A stretch of DNA of 27,904 bases. Origin: Tubiluchus corallicola (Eukaryota > Animalia > Priapulida). Of this stretch, positions 1 through 11,271 are shown piece by piece. The notes beneath the pieces are model-generated. The model had not been told where the DNA came from. It saw only the letters and a program-made list of their open reading frames with translations, and searched no databases. Numbering within the stretch: position 1 is the stretch's first letter; every line of letters begins with the position of its first letter. The DNA lies in the NCBI GenBank assembly GCA_030141605.1, contig JAQGDQ010001725.1, positions 1-27,904 of the forward strand, given 5' to 3'. Position numbers and translations under genes: made by a program.

Positions 1-960
1 CTATCTACTGGCAGTGATAGTTAATTGTATTATCAATTATTGATATTTTCTTAAGATTTAAGCACCTACTAACAAACCCCCTTTTTTGTATTGTCTGACT
101 CGCTCTTGTCTACCCTATTGCGGTTATAATGCAGTGTCTAAATCAAGGTAAACAGTAGTACACAGGTGAATAAAATTATAGCAGTTTAAGCGAGTGGCTT
201 CTCGATGAACTTCGTTAAACTTCGTTTAGATATAGACGGCAACTTGACACAGAACGAGACAGGTCGTTTACTCGTCTCTGTGAATTTATATTATTTGAAG
301 AGATATGCCGTACTAGATTGTTAAACACATGATATGGTGTGTAATGTACATGGTGATACTGTAAGAGCCTAGTTGTCGTGACCTGTAGTCGTCAACCAGA
401 GTTGTCCCAGAGATGCTGTCTTGCAGTCTGCAGTAGTGGAGTTACCCTCTGACTGACCCACCTACTACAGAACCACATCCAGGATGGTAACAGATACTTT
501 TCCCTTTTGTTACTATCGTAACTAACATCGCACTGCTGGGTAAAGACTAATTGGAAGTTTCTCTGACGAAGTTTGGAATCACAACTGTATTCAGACACAG
601 AGGTTATATCACGACGTATTGCTACCGTTCTACAAACTGTTCGCTTTAAAGGAAAAGTGTTCCAAAAAAACCTAGGTACATAGTGGGCAGACATGAACTT
701 TATGCAAACGTATATACCCTGCTAACCCTAAGCTTTGTCAATACTGCTATATCGTTGTTTGATTAATTATTTTAATGTCTGCCATTTGATCTTTCTTTTT
801 CTTCAGATCCATGAACGTATAGAGTGCAAATGGGCCATAGTCCCCCGTATTTTTAACACCCGCCTTAGGCCGATCTGCATCCATACATTTAGTGACTATC
901 ATACTAGCTCCCTTCTGTTATGAGATGTAAAACTAGCGTAGCATGCCCCTCTTTGATTCC

Positions 961-1229
961 CCTATAGGAAATACAAGATCAGAGTCATCACACAAACATA
1001 TGTAATTTTAATGTAAATAGTAATTTTACACAAACAAACTTAATTTATACAGATACTTGATAAGCTCCTAAACAAAAAATATTGTTTTCTTACGAATAAA
1101 TGCCGGTACTTGACTTTTAAGCACGTGACAACTGGCAACAAACTATGGGAGCAACAGTACTCTTTGTACCTAAAGTGCAACCTCTCATCTTAAACTTGTG
1201 CGCATGCAGGCATGCGCACAGCAGCCAAA
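961..1229 (-). repeat. Dispersed ~270-bp repeat with terminal GC hairpin, copy 1 (inverted homologue of 15056-15320)
   Basis: The reverse complement aligns by eye with 15056-15320: tttggctg.tgtgcgcatg, agtactgt.gctc, agtttgttg, gtaag, aatattttttgtt, ttatcaagt, aattaca.atgt. Confidence 0.75.
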
Positions 1230-1579
1230 CACACAACTGTACTGGGCTGTGAAACAAACAGTACTCTCACGTGCTCTTACTTCCGTATAAGTATAAAGAA
1301 AGAACTAAAGAGAAAAGACTATTATATTGAATATTATCGATAATAATGAACGAAAACAGTGGGTGCTGCAGTACCACAGTACCTGTAGACGAGTTCCCAC
1401 TGTACAACAGTATTGTTAAATACTGTAATGAACGCTGACATGCGTAAATTTTATGATAGAATACAGACTGTGAAAAAAACCAAAATTTGCCAGAAATGAA
1501 ATTGCAAGCTTGCTTTTGCATTCTCTCTTTGCATTCGGTGCAAGATTAGACCATCGTCGTGGCTAGAAGCCTAGTTAGG

Positions 1580-1865
1580 TGTGGCATAGCACGTGATCAG
1601 CTGATGTTCGACCGGCTGACTCAGAAGTAGAGATTGATGATGTAATCCTTATGCGCAGAAGCTCACAGCGCATTAGGTAGTTAGACAAAAGTGTTTTGAG
1701 GCCCGCACCTCGAAGGAGATTCGGAACTGACTTGAAGACGGAAGGCTGGCATTACTATCCTATTATATTTACCGTGTTGTGGTTGTTGCTTAATAAATGT
1801 GTTGTTTATTGAATAAAGTCTTGATAGTTTGCCATGCCCTTCGTGGCTACCTCATACGCCACGCA
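1580..1865 (+). mobile_element. Solo-LTR-like element
   Basis: Imperfect inverted ends TGTGGCATA...TACGCCAC(GCA) and two AATAAA near the 3' end. Shares ggcattactatc..ttatattta..gtgtt..aataaatgtgt..tttgccat with 3967-4203. No TSD found. Confidence 0.55.
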
Positions 1866-1867
1866 AT

Positions 1868-2211
1868 CTTCTTCTTCTTCTTCCCAGCTTTTCCCTATGC
1901 GGGGTCGCCGTTCTGAATAAGTCTTCTCCATGCATTCCTGTTGTTGACCATCTCTTCATTTATGTTCTTCTCTCTAAGGTCTCCGTTTATGCATTCAAAC
2001 CATCTCAGCTTGGGTCGTCCTCTTCTTCTATTTCCCAGCACTTCCATTTCCATGACCTCCCTTCCCACGTGATCTTCGCCGATTCTTCGTTTCAGGTGCC
2101 CATACCATCGCAATCTTGCCTCTTGTATCTTTTTCGAGGCTTCCACTACTTTCACTGTTCCTCTAATATTACTATTCCCGATTTTATCCCTTCTTGTTAC
2201 TCCCACCATCC
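1868..2211 (-). mobile_element. 5'-truncated RTE-clade LINE with (GAA)n tail and long target-site duplication
   Basis: Uninterrupted RTE C-terminal peptide RWMVGVTRRDKIGN...RLRWYGHLKRR...GNRRRGRPKLRW...NRNAWRRLI and (GAA)5 tail at 1868-1883. Perfect direct repeat acctcatacgccacgcaat at 1849-1867 and 2212-2230. Confidence 0.93.
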
Positions 2212-2330
2212 ACCTCATACGCCACGCAATAAACAACAATAATCAGCAAGCAGCTTTAACCTCAAGAACAAAATAAACTTTAACCAAATTATTTTACTCC
2301 TATGAACTATTTACAAACGAATTCACGTAC

Positions 2331-2447
2331 TCTTTCACGTTCCCCGGAAGACTTTTAGCACAGGCTTCTTTCTCTGCTCGTTTCTGCTTACAAGGTTCCT
2401 CTTTTGTGCACTCTTGCTCTTCTATTTGCTGTGCTGCGTCTTCCCCT
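2331..2447 (-). CDS. Gene B exon 5: C-terminal half of TSP1 and start of the next module
   Basis: Acceptor ttttttgcgtattgcag| is phase 2, matching exon 4. It completes CE-GEDAAQQIEEQECTKEEPC (the last two TSP1 Cys), then KQKRAEKEACAKSLPGNVK. The likely donor is GA|gtacgt; this 3' boundary is less certain. Confidence 0.82.
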
Positions 2448-2483
2448 CTGCAATACGCAAAAAAACTTTAACTAAGATAATAA

Positions 2484-3602
2484 GCCTTTTCACACTTCTA
2501 GCGATTGGTGATGATCGTGTAAATGTCAAAGGTTAAGTGTAGCAGACAACGTATTTATGTACACTTGACAACGCCTCGCAGCCCATGATGTTGTATTAGT
2601 AACAGTTTTAACAGCAAGCTAGAACCTTACCTAGTTGTAACAGTAACAGTTTTATCAGCTAGCTAGAACCTTACCTAGTTGTAACAGTAACAGTTTTAAC
2701 AGCTAGCTAGAACCTTACCTAGTTGTAACAGTAACAGTTTTAACAGCTAGCTAGAACCTTACCTAGTAGTAACAGCTAGCTAGAACCTTACCTAGTTGTA
2801 ACAGTAACAGTTTGAACAGCTAGCTAGAACCTTAAATAGTTGGAACAGTAACAGTTTTAACGGCTAGCTAGAACCTTACCTAGTAGTAACAGCTAGCTAG
2901 AACCTTACCTAGTTGTAACAGTAACAGTTTGAACAGCTAGCTAGAACCTTACCTAGTAGTAACAGCAAGCTAGAACCTTACCTAGTTGTAACAGTAACAG
3001 TTTGAACAGCTAGCTAGAACCTTAAATAGTTGGAACAGTAACAGTTTTAACAGCTAGCTAGAACCTTACCTGGTTGTAACAGTAACAGTTTTAACAGCTA
3101 GCTAGAACCTTACCTAGTTGTAACAGTAACAGTTTGAACAGCTAGCTAGAACCTTAAATAGTCGTAACAGTAACAGTTTTAACAGCTAGCTAGAACCTTA
3201 CCTGGTTGTAATAGTAACAGTTTTAACAGCTAGCTAGAACTTACCCAGTTGTAACAGTAACAGTTTTAACAGCTAGCTAGAGCCTTACTTAGTTGTAACA
3301 GTAACAGTTTTAACAGCTAGCTAGAACCTTACCTAGTTGTAACAGTAACAGTTTTAACAGCTAGCTAGAACCTTACCTAATTCATTTTTGTTCCTACTAG
3401 CAAGATTCTGCTAGTAAATCACTCTTACACTCAAACTAATGCATAATTTAGTAGCATCAACGTAAAACAACTGGTACTGAACTGATATTTTGCGTTACCC
3501 ACATGTCACATGTCGATAGTAATTATGACGCATTGCTGTGGTACACTTAACCTTTGAGGTACAGCAACTGCGCGTGCGCACAACAAAACAATGAAAAGGG
3601 GC
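2484..3602. mobile_element. Non-autonomous TIR element (PIF/Harbinger-like ends) enclosing a minisatellite
   Basis: Ends are taa|gccttttca ... tgaaaaggggc|tta. A perfect 16-bp subterminal inverted repeat, tcaaaggttaagtgta (2526-2541) / tacacttaacctttga (3542-3557), lies at near-equal distance from each end. Confidence 0.6.
2590..3379. repeat. 44-bp minisatellite with 29-bp deletion variants
   Basis: Unit agctagctagaaccttacctagttgtaacagtaacagttttaac, about 19 contiguous units, no unique spacers. Confidence 0.97.
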
Positions 3603-3966
3603 TTATTGTTCAGACAGGTAGTAAGAATATTTAACATAGTATATTTTATAAATTTAATATGAACGGCGTTTAACACCATTTATATTCGCTCTTACCTGTA
3701 AATGTATTTAAAAGTAAACATCACAGCTTGTGTCATATAGGGCCTAATTAATCTATTTCTGTAATTAAAATACACGTCTTTATATTTTTGTACAGTTCAA
3801 TATTTTAGCACTATTTTCATAACACTGCAGAAATGGCTAACTTGGTTTAAATCAGCGATCCTGGTACATCACCATCATTAGCATCAATTCATTATTATAG
3901 TAAAGAGGACCTGTTAAACTATGTTAAAAGCATTAGATCATGATAGGTAATTATGCTGATGAATGC

Positions 3967-4203
3967 TGGTGTGAAGCCAGTTAAGGAATGGCGTCACGTG
4001 AGTAAGTGATTCAGAAGCTCGGCGCACGATATATAAGCCTTGTGACGCGCCCAGCTAAGGGGATTAGGTCAGGAAGCTGAAGGAGAGCAAACTAGGTCAG
4101 GGGGCTTGGCATTACTATCTGTTATATTTATTGTGTTTGATGTTCAATAAATGTGTAGTTTTATAATCTGACTCTTCATACTTTTGCCATCCCTAAAACA
4201 CCA
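3967..4203 (+). mobile_element. Solo-LTR-like element related to 1580-1865
   Basis: TGGTGT...ACACCA inverted ends, TATATAA near 4030 and AATAAA near 4146. The 3' half resembles 1745-1840. No TSD found. Confidence 0.55.
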
Positions 4204-5146
4204 ATAATCAGCTATACACAAACAACACAACGAATTATTTTTACTGTTATCATCACCACTAATACCATCATCACCGTCGTCGTCGTCGCCGCCGCCGTCC
4301 GTTTGCTTCGCTCTCTTTAAAGTAGTTTTTGTTGTTTATGTTGTTAATTAAGTCTTATAAATAACTTATTAATCTTAGCTCATAAGTTAATCTTAGCTCA
4401 TAATTTAATCTCTTCTACTACGTTCAAAGCACTGGAATCCATTGTTAATTTGTAATTGCATAACTTGTATTTTGCTGTATTGTGCTGCATGGATGAATAA
4501 ATAAATCTACATTGTCATGGTTCCATCCGTCATGAAGCCCTTGCGTGCGAGAATTGAAAAGCCAGTATAGGAGCACCAGCAGATAACATTTCCATGGTTG
4601 AGTAGCAGCACCCACATGCTGGTGCATTCAACACCTCAGCACCACTTGCAGGCCAGATTGGGAGATGCGAGGCAAGCGTGTTAGAAAGTTTAGCAAAAAT
4701 TACAGGTATCCACACCTTTCCATAATGGCGCTACATCTGGTAAGAACTATGATACTGGGTTGCCGGTTTGCATTAAGCATGATAAATACCTGTAGAAACG
4801 TCAAGGTCAAGGGAACAGGTGTTGGAGTGATTAGGCGCACCTGTTTGTCGAGCTACAAACCACAGAAACAAAACCACTTTTATACCTGGTATTCAAAGCT
4901 CGCACGTACTGGCTTCATAATGGCACAAGCCATTACAGTGTAGAGGTAGGGATGAAAATAACTGGCTTCTTCTACAGATAATGGTTTCACCCCGAGGAGA
5001 GTAGACGTTTTCCTTTACAAAATATTTCTAGTTGAAGCGAATGAAACCAGGTGTTGATGAAGGATTTTGGAAAGTTGCATTTGTACAAAGACAGAGGTTG
5101 AAACATTTCAAATGTGCACAACGCCTACTAGCATTCTTGAGTTGTT

Positions 5147-5410
5147 AGGGTCACGAGGGGTTGCTTCTTGGCTGGGCCGGGTTCATCAGGAACTGTAATG
5201 ATATCAAAGCCACAAAGAATGTCCAGTAGAAACTGAGGGTCACGAGGGGTTGGTTCCTGGCTGGGCCGGGTTCATCCGGAACTGCAATGATCTCAAAGCC
5301 ACAAAGAATGTCCAGTAGGAACTGAAGGTCACGAGGGGTTGGTTCCTGGCTGGGCCGGGTTCCTCCTGAACTGCAATGATCTCAAAGCCACAAAGAATGT
5401 CCAGTAGGAA
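5147..5410. repeat. Three tandem copies of an 89-bp unit
   Basis: tcacgagggg recurs at 5151, 5240 and 5329, and the units are near-identical. Confidence 0.95.
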
Positions 5411-5916
5411 TAGAACTGGTGAGCTTCCATGACAACAGAATTAAATGCCTGTCTACTCTTTCAGAGAATTTTCTAAGAATGTTGAACTGCAGGCGGTACC
5501 TCGCCCACAATGGCTAAAACTACCCAGGTTGGTTCGGTGCCAGCGGAGGCCAAGCAGACCATAACTCTTCTGACATCAATCCACGAAAGACCAACGATAC
5601 CTTTATTGGCAAATTACATGAAGTAGATTAAAAATGATGATGAAACTGAGTTTACACTGACGTGGATCACGTTAACTGGACCAGGAAAAGAGCAGAGACG
5701 ACCGCTTTTATACAGGCCGGATGCATAACTTGGCTTCAACAGAAACTCACATTTTGCATGAAAGGGGTGTTCAGTACAGTATCATTAATTAATTATGACT
5801 ATGAATGCGAGAATTTTTTCAAACCATTGCAGTTCATTTGACCAAAAGTTACCACAGCGGTCAATGAGTTGGAGAAAAGAGAAGCTGAAAAATTGTAGAC
5901 TAGTCGGAAATGTTGA

Positions 5917-5986
5917 GACTAGTAGTTCAGCTCGTAGAGCATGCGAGTACTAATCCAGGTCTCGGGTTCAAATCCCGACCTGGCCA
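5917..5986 (+). pseudogene. tRNA-derived sequence (SINE head or tRNA pseudogene) inside an inverted repeat
   Basis: A-box-like tagttcagctcgtagag and B-box ggttcaaatcc with T-stem tcggg/cccga. The anticodon arm does not pair well. Confidence 0.65.
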
Positions 5987-6254
5987 AAAAATTTTCAGCT
6001 CCTCCTTTCTCCAACACATTACCCGCAATGGGTAATAATTGGCAAAATATACAGCAGTGGTTTATAAAATATTATATTATTATGGTTTATAATGGTTTAT
6101 TCTGGCAATCACAGTCCTACTTAGTCAATGATGTCTTTAGTTGTCAGCTAATTTCGGAAAGCCTTTCTGAAAATATTTTCCCCATTTTTAGGCTAGATCA
6201 TTTTCTCTAGTGACAGTTTTCATGCTCATATATTTTCCTACAGCAAAGCATGAG

Positions 6255-6360
6255 CATGATGAAGACGATTACGACAATGATGGTGATGACGACCACGACG
6301 ACGACGACGATGATGATGATCTCGAGGACGGTGGTATTGATGACGATAATGATAATAATC
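6255..6360. repeat. Degenerate (GAT/GAC)n trinucleotide tract in a gene B intron
   Basis: Direct reading of the sequence. Confidence 0.9.
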
Positions 6361-6420
6361 TGAAATGTGTAACATATATTACTAAAAAGTTTCACAAGTG
6401 ACTTGCAAAACAGAACTTAC

Positions 6421-6739
6421 TCGCAAACCGATCCTTGTGGATCGCATAGTCTACTCCGTTGCTTTTTCCAATCCATGCAGTGGCAGGAAGACCACTTGCT
6501 CCATCCACTCCAAGCACCTTCTCCGTATTTGTTCATTTCACTAAGCCCATCCCTCTGAAACCGATTTTGCCAAAGCTCTGACGTCTTGTCCACTTCACTT
6601 TGGCCACTCCTTTGAAACTGGTGGTGTAGACGCTGAGACATCTCGCCCTCTTCACTTTGGCCACTCCTTTGAAAATGGCGGTGGCGACGCTGAGACATCT
6701 TGTGCCTCTGATCTCTGCGCCGTTTTTTGGTTATAGGTT
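6421..6739 (-). CDS. Gene B exon 4: basic linker with three 19-aa repeats plus N-terminal half of a thrombospondin type-1 (TSP1) repeat
   Basis: Acceptor tttcattatgacag| (phase 1), donor GA|gtaagt (phase 2), 319 nt. Ends GAWSGWSKWSSCHCMDWKKQRSRLCDPQGSVC, showing the WSxWSxWSxC and RxRxC motifs of TSP1. Confidence 0.9.
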
Positions 6740-7894
6740 CTGTCATAATGAAAGTAATATTTATATGTCGTTAAACGTGAAGTCACCAGAAGCATAGCAA
6801 GGTTGGGTGACAGGGACCAGTCATCCGTGCGCACAAGGTAGATTTTTGTAACTCGCATTAGTTGTTACTAATTGGAAACCTGAATAGTCACAGCGCATGT
6901 GAGCTTTGCCATGGAAGTTAAGCAATGTTTGTTCTGCTATTAAGTGAGTGGTTGGCCACAAGGAAGACTGCTTGTATTGGAATGCAATACAGTAAGTCCT
7001 CCCCATTTAACGTTTACTGGCAGTTTTTTACTTTGCTCAAGCCAAGTTTTTATTTGATTAACAAAATTTCTACCTAATTTGATGTATTAAAACAGCACAT
7101 ATTGCATTGTTCTGTTGTAAAAATGTGAACAATGTCTGCAACATGTTGCTGCAGCAACCAGACTAAGTAAGCAGGTAAAATTCTCAAATTCGCCCCAGGG
7201 CTTGACTCTGCAGTGTTTATTGTTCAACCACTGAGTATGTTTAAACATTACCGAAAGAGTAACAGCTATAGCTAGGTATTGGCAAGAAAAATATAAGATG
7301 GTTTCAGGCAAACGGGAAGACATCAATCAGTAGAAGTATAAATAAAACTCATAGACTGTTTAAGTTATATGATTTTAGCAGCACCGATTTTTGTCTGTGG
7401 AACGTAACTCAATTCTTTCGCATTACTTTCTATGGAAGTCTTGGGTTCGTTTAACGCCGCTTCGCTTAACGTCACTTTTAGCATCCTATCACGGCCCTTT
7501 TTCTCGATAGATTGATCGTACAGTTTATCTAGCCGTATCGAGTGATCATGAATTAATTTTATAGATTGTATAGATTTTATATTTGTTATCTAGATTCGCT
7601 TCCCGTTCGCTATGAGGTGAATCTGTCACCTGACTCCGAGGGCTTTAATTTAGTCTATCAGGCAATGATACTGCCCTTCAAGACTTTCACTTTGACCTTG
7701 CGTTGTGAGTTGTGGTCTTCTTCCCTCAAGTTATGGAGCGTAGCTCCCGCAATTGAGCTTTCTTTAGTACAATGCGAATCTCTCAAGTACGTATCTAGGA
7801 ATTAGTGTTGCTTTACTTTGAACGCTCTTAATCATACAATAACTCGTTATCTACGTTACTACAGTGAATAGAATTTATTCAGTTACAGAATACA

Positions 7895-8671
7895 TGTTAT
7901 CTAGTCTGGTTTGCTTTACAAGATTTGTCCTTATACGCCGGTGGGCGCTTACAATTAGTGTATAGCTCCAGAGAAGATGCTCATTCACTTTAATTGACAA
8001 CGATTCAGTATGCTGCACTTATGGTGCTTAATACAATGTGAAACTACAGTTATGCAGAGTTATTCTCAGACACAAATATGTTCCTCTCTTCTAGACGGCT
8101 GTCTCGGACACACTACGGCGACAATCTCTGTCAGACTCTCTCACGTCACTCCTTGTGCGTGTCGGCTCCTCGTGCATGTGTGTAACTCCCGTCACCCGTC
8201 GTGTGTGTCTAACTCACGTCACCCCTCGTGTGTGTCTAACTCACGTCACCCGTCGTGTGTGTCTAACTCATGTCACATCTCGTGTGTGTGTCTGTCTAGT
8301 CTAAAACTAGAGTTTATATCTCGGAGAGCTGACCTTGCGAAAGTTTGCACCATATGGCAACATCCAGCAACACCTGTGGCAGGTGACACCACCCGCCATG
8401 AGATCTCTGATTTTACAATCAGCAAGGTGTTCCTTCGAATTCTTTCGCTCTTTGAGATCCTCTTTTCGTCGTCGGCAAATCTTCAGATTTCTCTCTTCTA
8501 ATGTCACTGAGCACTGATAGAGACCTTGGCGGCTATCATAAAGTCACCTCTATGCGACATCTGCATCGCTACCGACCTTCCATTAATTAACTGTAACTGT
8601 GCATGTAGCTATACAAGACAATAGTGTCTTCTCTTAGACAAGACACCTGTGTTCCTACAATTTCTCTAACA
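7895..8671 (-). mobile_element. Solo-LTR-like element with internal 27-bp tandem repeat
   Basis: TGTTA...TAACA ends. On the minus strand, TATAAA near 8316 and ATTAAA near 7991. No clear TSD; ACATGT spans both junctions. Confidence 0.45.
8176..8292. repeat. 27-bp tandem repeat, about 4 copies
   Basis: Unit gtgtgtctaactcacgtcacccgtcgt. Confidence 0.9.
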
Positions 8672-9254
8672 TGTGCAATAATTTGCATCGCATTAAATCC
8701 GTACTTATCAGCGGGGTGAGTTTCTCTGTCAACCAAATAAATTTATCTTATGAAAATCAGGGAGGCATGAGATTTATCAACTGAATCCAATTCAGCTGAT
8801 AACTCCATTAATTTACTACCAAAATACCGATTCATAAATTTATTCACAACAATCCACAACGCATTAATGACGTTTCCCTTAACGCATTATCGCCCAACAA
8901 TACAGCTTACTGTACAGCTTTAATTGAGTAAGGATGTATGCACTTGAGGGTGAGTGAGACACTTTTGCCCACACCCTCTCATGTGATTATCTTGGAGAAA
9001 AATCTAGGTTTCAGTCCTGTTACAGCTGCATTCATCAAACAGAGCATTGGACCCCTGTCTGGATAAAAGCGCTGTGATATAATGTCTGGTACGAAAAGTT
9101 AGTATCGTATACATTTTCAAATGTGGTCCACCATCAAGTGACTGACCAGCCTCTCTTAACTTCAACGTCGAGCACTACAGATCGACCACTGGCGCATGTG
9201 CCTGGCCTCAAAACTTATCACTATGTACGTGTACTGACTGGTTCACTGACTTAC

Positions 9255-9395
9255 CACATCCGTATTCGTCCGATGCATCTGAACAATCTATCGGCCCATC
9301 GCATACTTGCTCTTTGGCTATGCATTTCTCCCCATTTCCACATCTCATGTCTTTTCCTTCTTCGCAGGAAAGGCCGGTGTCTTTTGTTACTTCTA
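9255..9395 (-). CDS. Gene B exon 3: LDL-receptor class A (LDLa) repeat
   Basis: Acceptor tttgttctgcag|, 141 nt, phase 1-1, donor G|gtaagt. Translates (V)EVTKDTGLSCEEGKDMRCGNGEKCIAKEQVCDGPIDCSDASDEYGC, with six Cys and the DCxDxSDE calcium motif. Confidence 0.95.
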
Positions 9396-9623
9396 CTGCA
9401 GAACAAATTACATTAAACGATTGACTGTTGCAAAAACGGTTTATTTTATTAGGATAAATTTGTTGATTTATTGGTTATGGCGTCAGCATTTTTCTTTCTT
9501 TGTTTAAGAAATTTTTTAATTTTTTTTTGCAAATGTTACGGCACTCATTTGGTAACTATTGTTTTTCTGCTATTGGTATGGGAGTCAATGGATAGTTACT
9601 GACGATGTTGTAGCATTCACTGG

Positions 9624-10049
9624 CAGGGCCTATTTCAGCCTAAGCGAGGCCCTGGGAAGTGGGGGTGCGAGGCCCCTGGGGGGGGGGGGGCGAAGCGCCG
9701 GCAAGCGGGCGCACCATGGTTGGCGCCCAGAAAATTTTTGAACTACTAGAACGCCCGAGAAGCATTTTCGAAGAGAAAATATGGAGTTATACAGTTGTTA
9801 AAGGAAAGAACAATTGAAAGAAAAACTGCTTTATTCTCAAGACCAGTCGTTAATACTTGTGAAATAGTCAGATCAAAAACAACATCTTTGCAATATGTAA
9901 TACCGTACTCTCACTTCTGTACAAGCCATCTTTTGACTTTTTACTTCACAAAATTATCAATTACCGCGGCGCGAGGCCCCCCTGGAGGGTTAGGCCCCGG
10001 AGAAGTATCCCCACTTCCCCCAACCCCCCGCCCCTTGAAATAGGAGCTG
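9624..10049. mobile_element. hAT-family MITE (426 bp)
   Basis: TIRs cagggcctatttca / tgaaataggagctg (12/14 match). Perfect 8-bp TSD ttcactgg at 9616-9623 and 10050-10057. Subterminal gcgaggccc motifs. Confidence 0.92.
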
Positions 10050-10299
10050 TTCACTGGGCAGCTGTGGTTTTGATTACCAACGCCAATCTTTAGGTGCCAG
10101 GTAGCTATGCTATAAAATGTGAATTTTTTTTGCTTCTATGATCAAAAAGTCCTCATTATAGTTTCGAAACATTAAGAAAGAGTAAATGATATTGAACATT
10201 TATAACTAATTAATCAAAACAGTAACTCCAAGGATTTAATTCTGATTACCTGAAAGCATAAGTTACAATAATAATAAAAATATTAATAATAATAATAAT

Positions 10300-11112
10300 A
10301 ATGAATCCCTTAACATTGGCAATAAAACACTGGCAAATACCCAATGACTCCCATAACATTGGCAATAAAAAACAGCAAATACCAATGACTCCCATAACAT
10401 TGGCAATAAAAAAACAGCAAATACCAATGACTCCCATAACATTGGCAATAAAAAACAGCAAATACCAATGACTCCCATAACATTGGCAATAAAAAACAGC
10501 AAATAACCAATGACTCCCGTAACATTGGCAATAAAAAACCGGCAAATACCCATTGACTTCCATAACATTGGCAGTAAAAAACAGCAAATACAAAAGGACT
10601 CTCATAACATTGGTAATAAAAAACCGGCAAATACCCAATGACTCCTATAACATTGGTAATAAAAAACAGCAAATACCCAATGACTCCCATAACATTGGTA
10701 ATAAAAAACCAGCAATTTCTCAATGACTCCGGTAAGTTTGGCAATAAAAAACCGGCAAATACCCAATGACTCCTATAACATTGGCAATAAAAAACCAGCA
10801 ATTTCTCAATGACTCCGGTAAGATTGGCAATAAAAAACCAGCAATTACCCAATGACTCCGGTAAATTTGGCAATAAAAAACCGGCAAATACCCAATGATT
10901 CCTATAACATTGGCAATAAAAAACCAGCAATTTCTCAATGACTCCGGTAACATTGGCAATAAAAAATCAGCAATTACCCAATGACTCCGGTAAGTTTGGC
11001 AATAAAAAACAGCAATTATCAATGACTCCCATAACATTGGCAATAAAAAAAACCAGCAAATATCAATGACTCCCATAACATTGGCAATAAAAAAAACAGC
11101 AAATACCAATGA
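10300..11112. repeat. ~41-43-bp minisatellite
   Basis: Unit caatgactcccataacattggcaataaaaaacagcaaatac(c), about 19 copies with alternating variants. Explains the overlapping spurious ORFs here. Confidence 0.97.
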
Positions 11113-11271
11113 ACTCCATTACATAACAAGTATTTAACATACTTATTATATTATTAGACGTGCAAATTATTAAAGCGAATTTCAGACAACCTTTATGCTA
11201 AATATGCTGAAAATGCTGTTTCTTATTAGCATTTACTAAAATGAATTTAGTATAAACTATTTTGTGCTAAC

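Noticed and set aside
392-694. 100-aa ORF, and a GCGSVVGGS frame near 440-500, as the next gene B exon (protease N-terminus)
   Set aside because: VVGG is followed by a stop after four codons, with no PW motif and no phase-compatible acceptor.
2590-3379. CRISPR-like appearance of this and the other arrays (10300-11112, 23693-24146, 25293-25822, 27321-27904)
   Set aside because: Units are contiguous with no unique spacers, there are no cas genes, and the context is eukaryotic.
6210-6401. Poly-Asp ORF
   Set aside because: Intronic GAY trinucleotide tract antisense to gene B, with no splice or start support.
7250-7326. Possible signal-peptide exon MSSRLPETILYFSCQYLAIAVTLS|gtaatg
   Set aside because: Phase 0 is incompatible with the phase-1 acceptor at 6739, and the hydrophobic core is weak.
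8307-8507. 66-aa basic ORF
   Set aside because: Lies inside an LTR-like repeat, with no motif and no splice support.
10246-11109. Long Cys/Phe-rich ORFs
   Set aside because: Translations of the 42-bp minisatellite.
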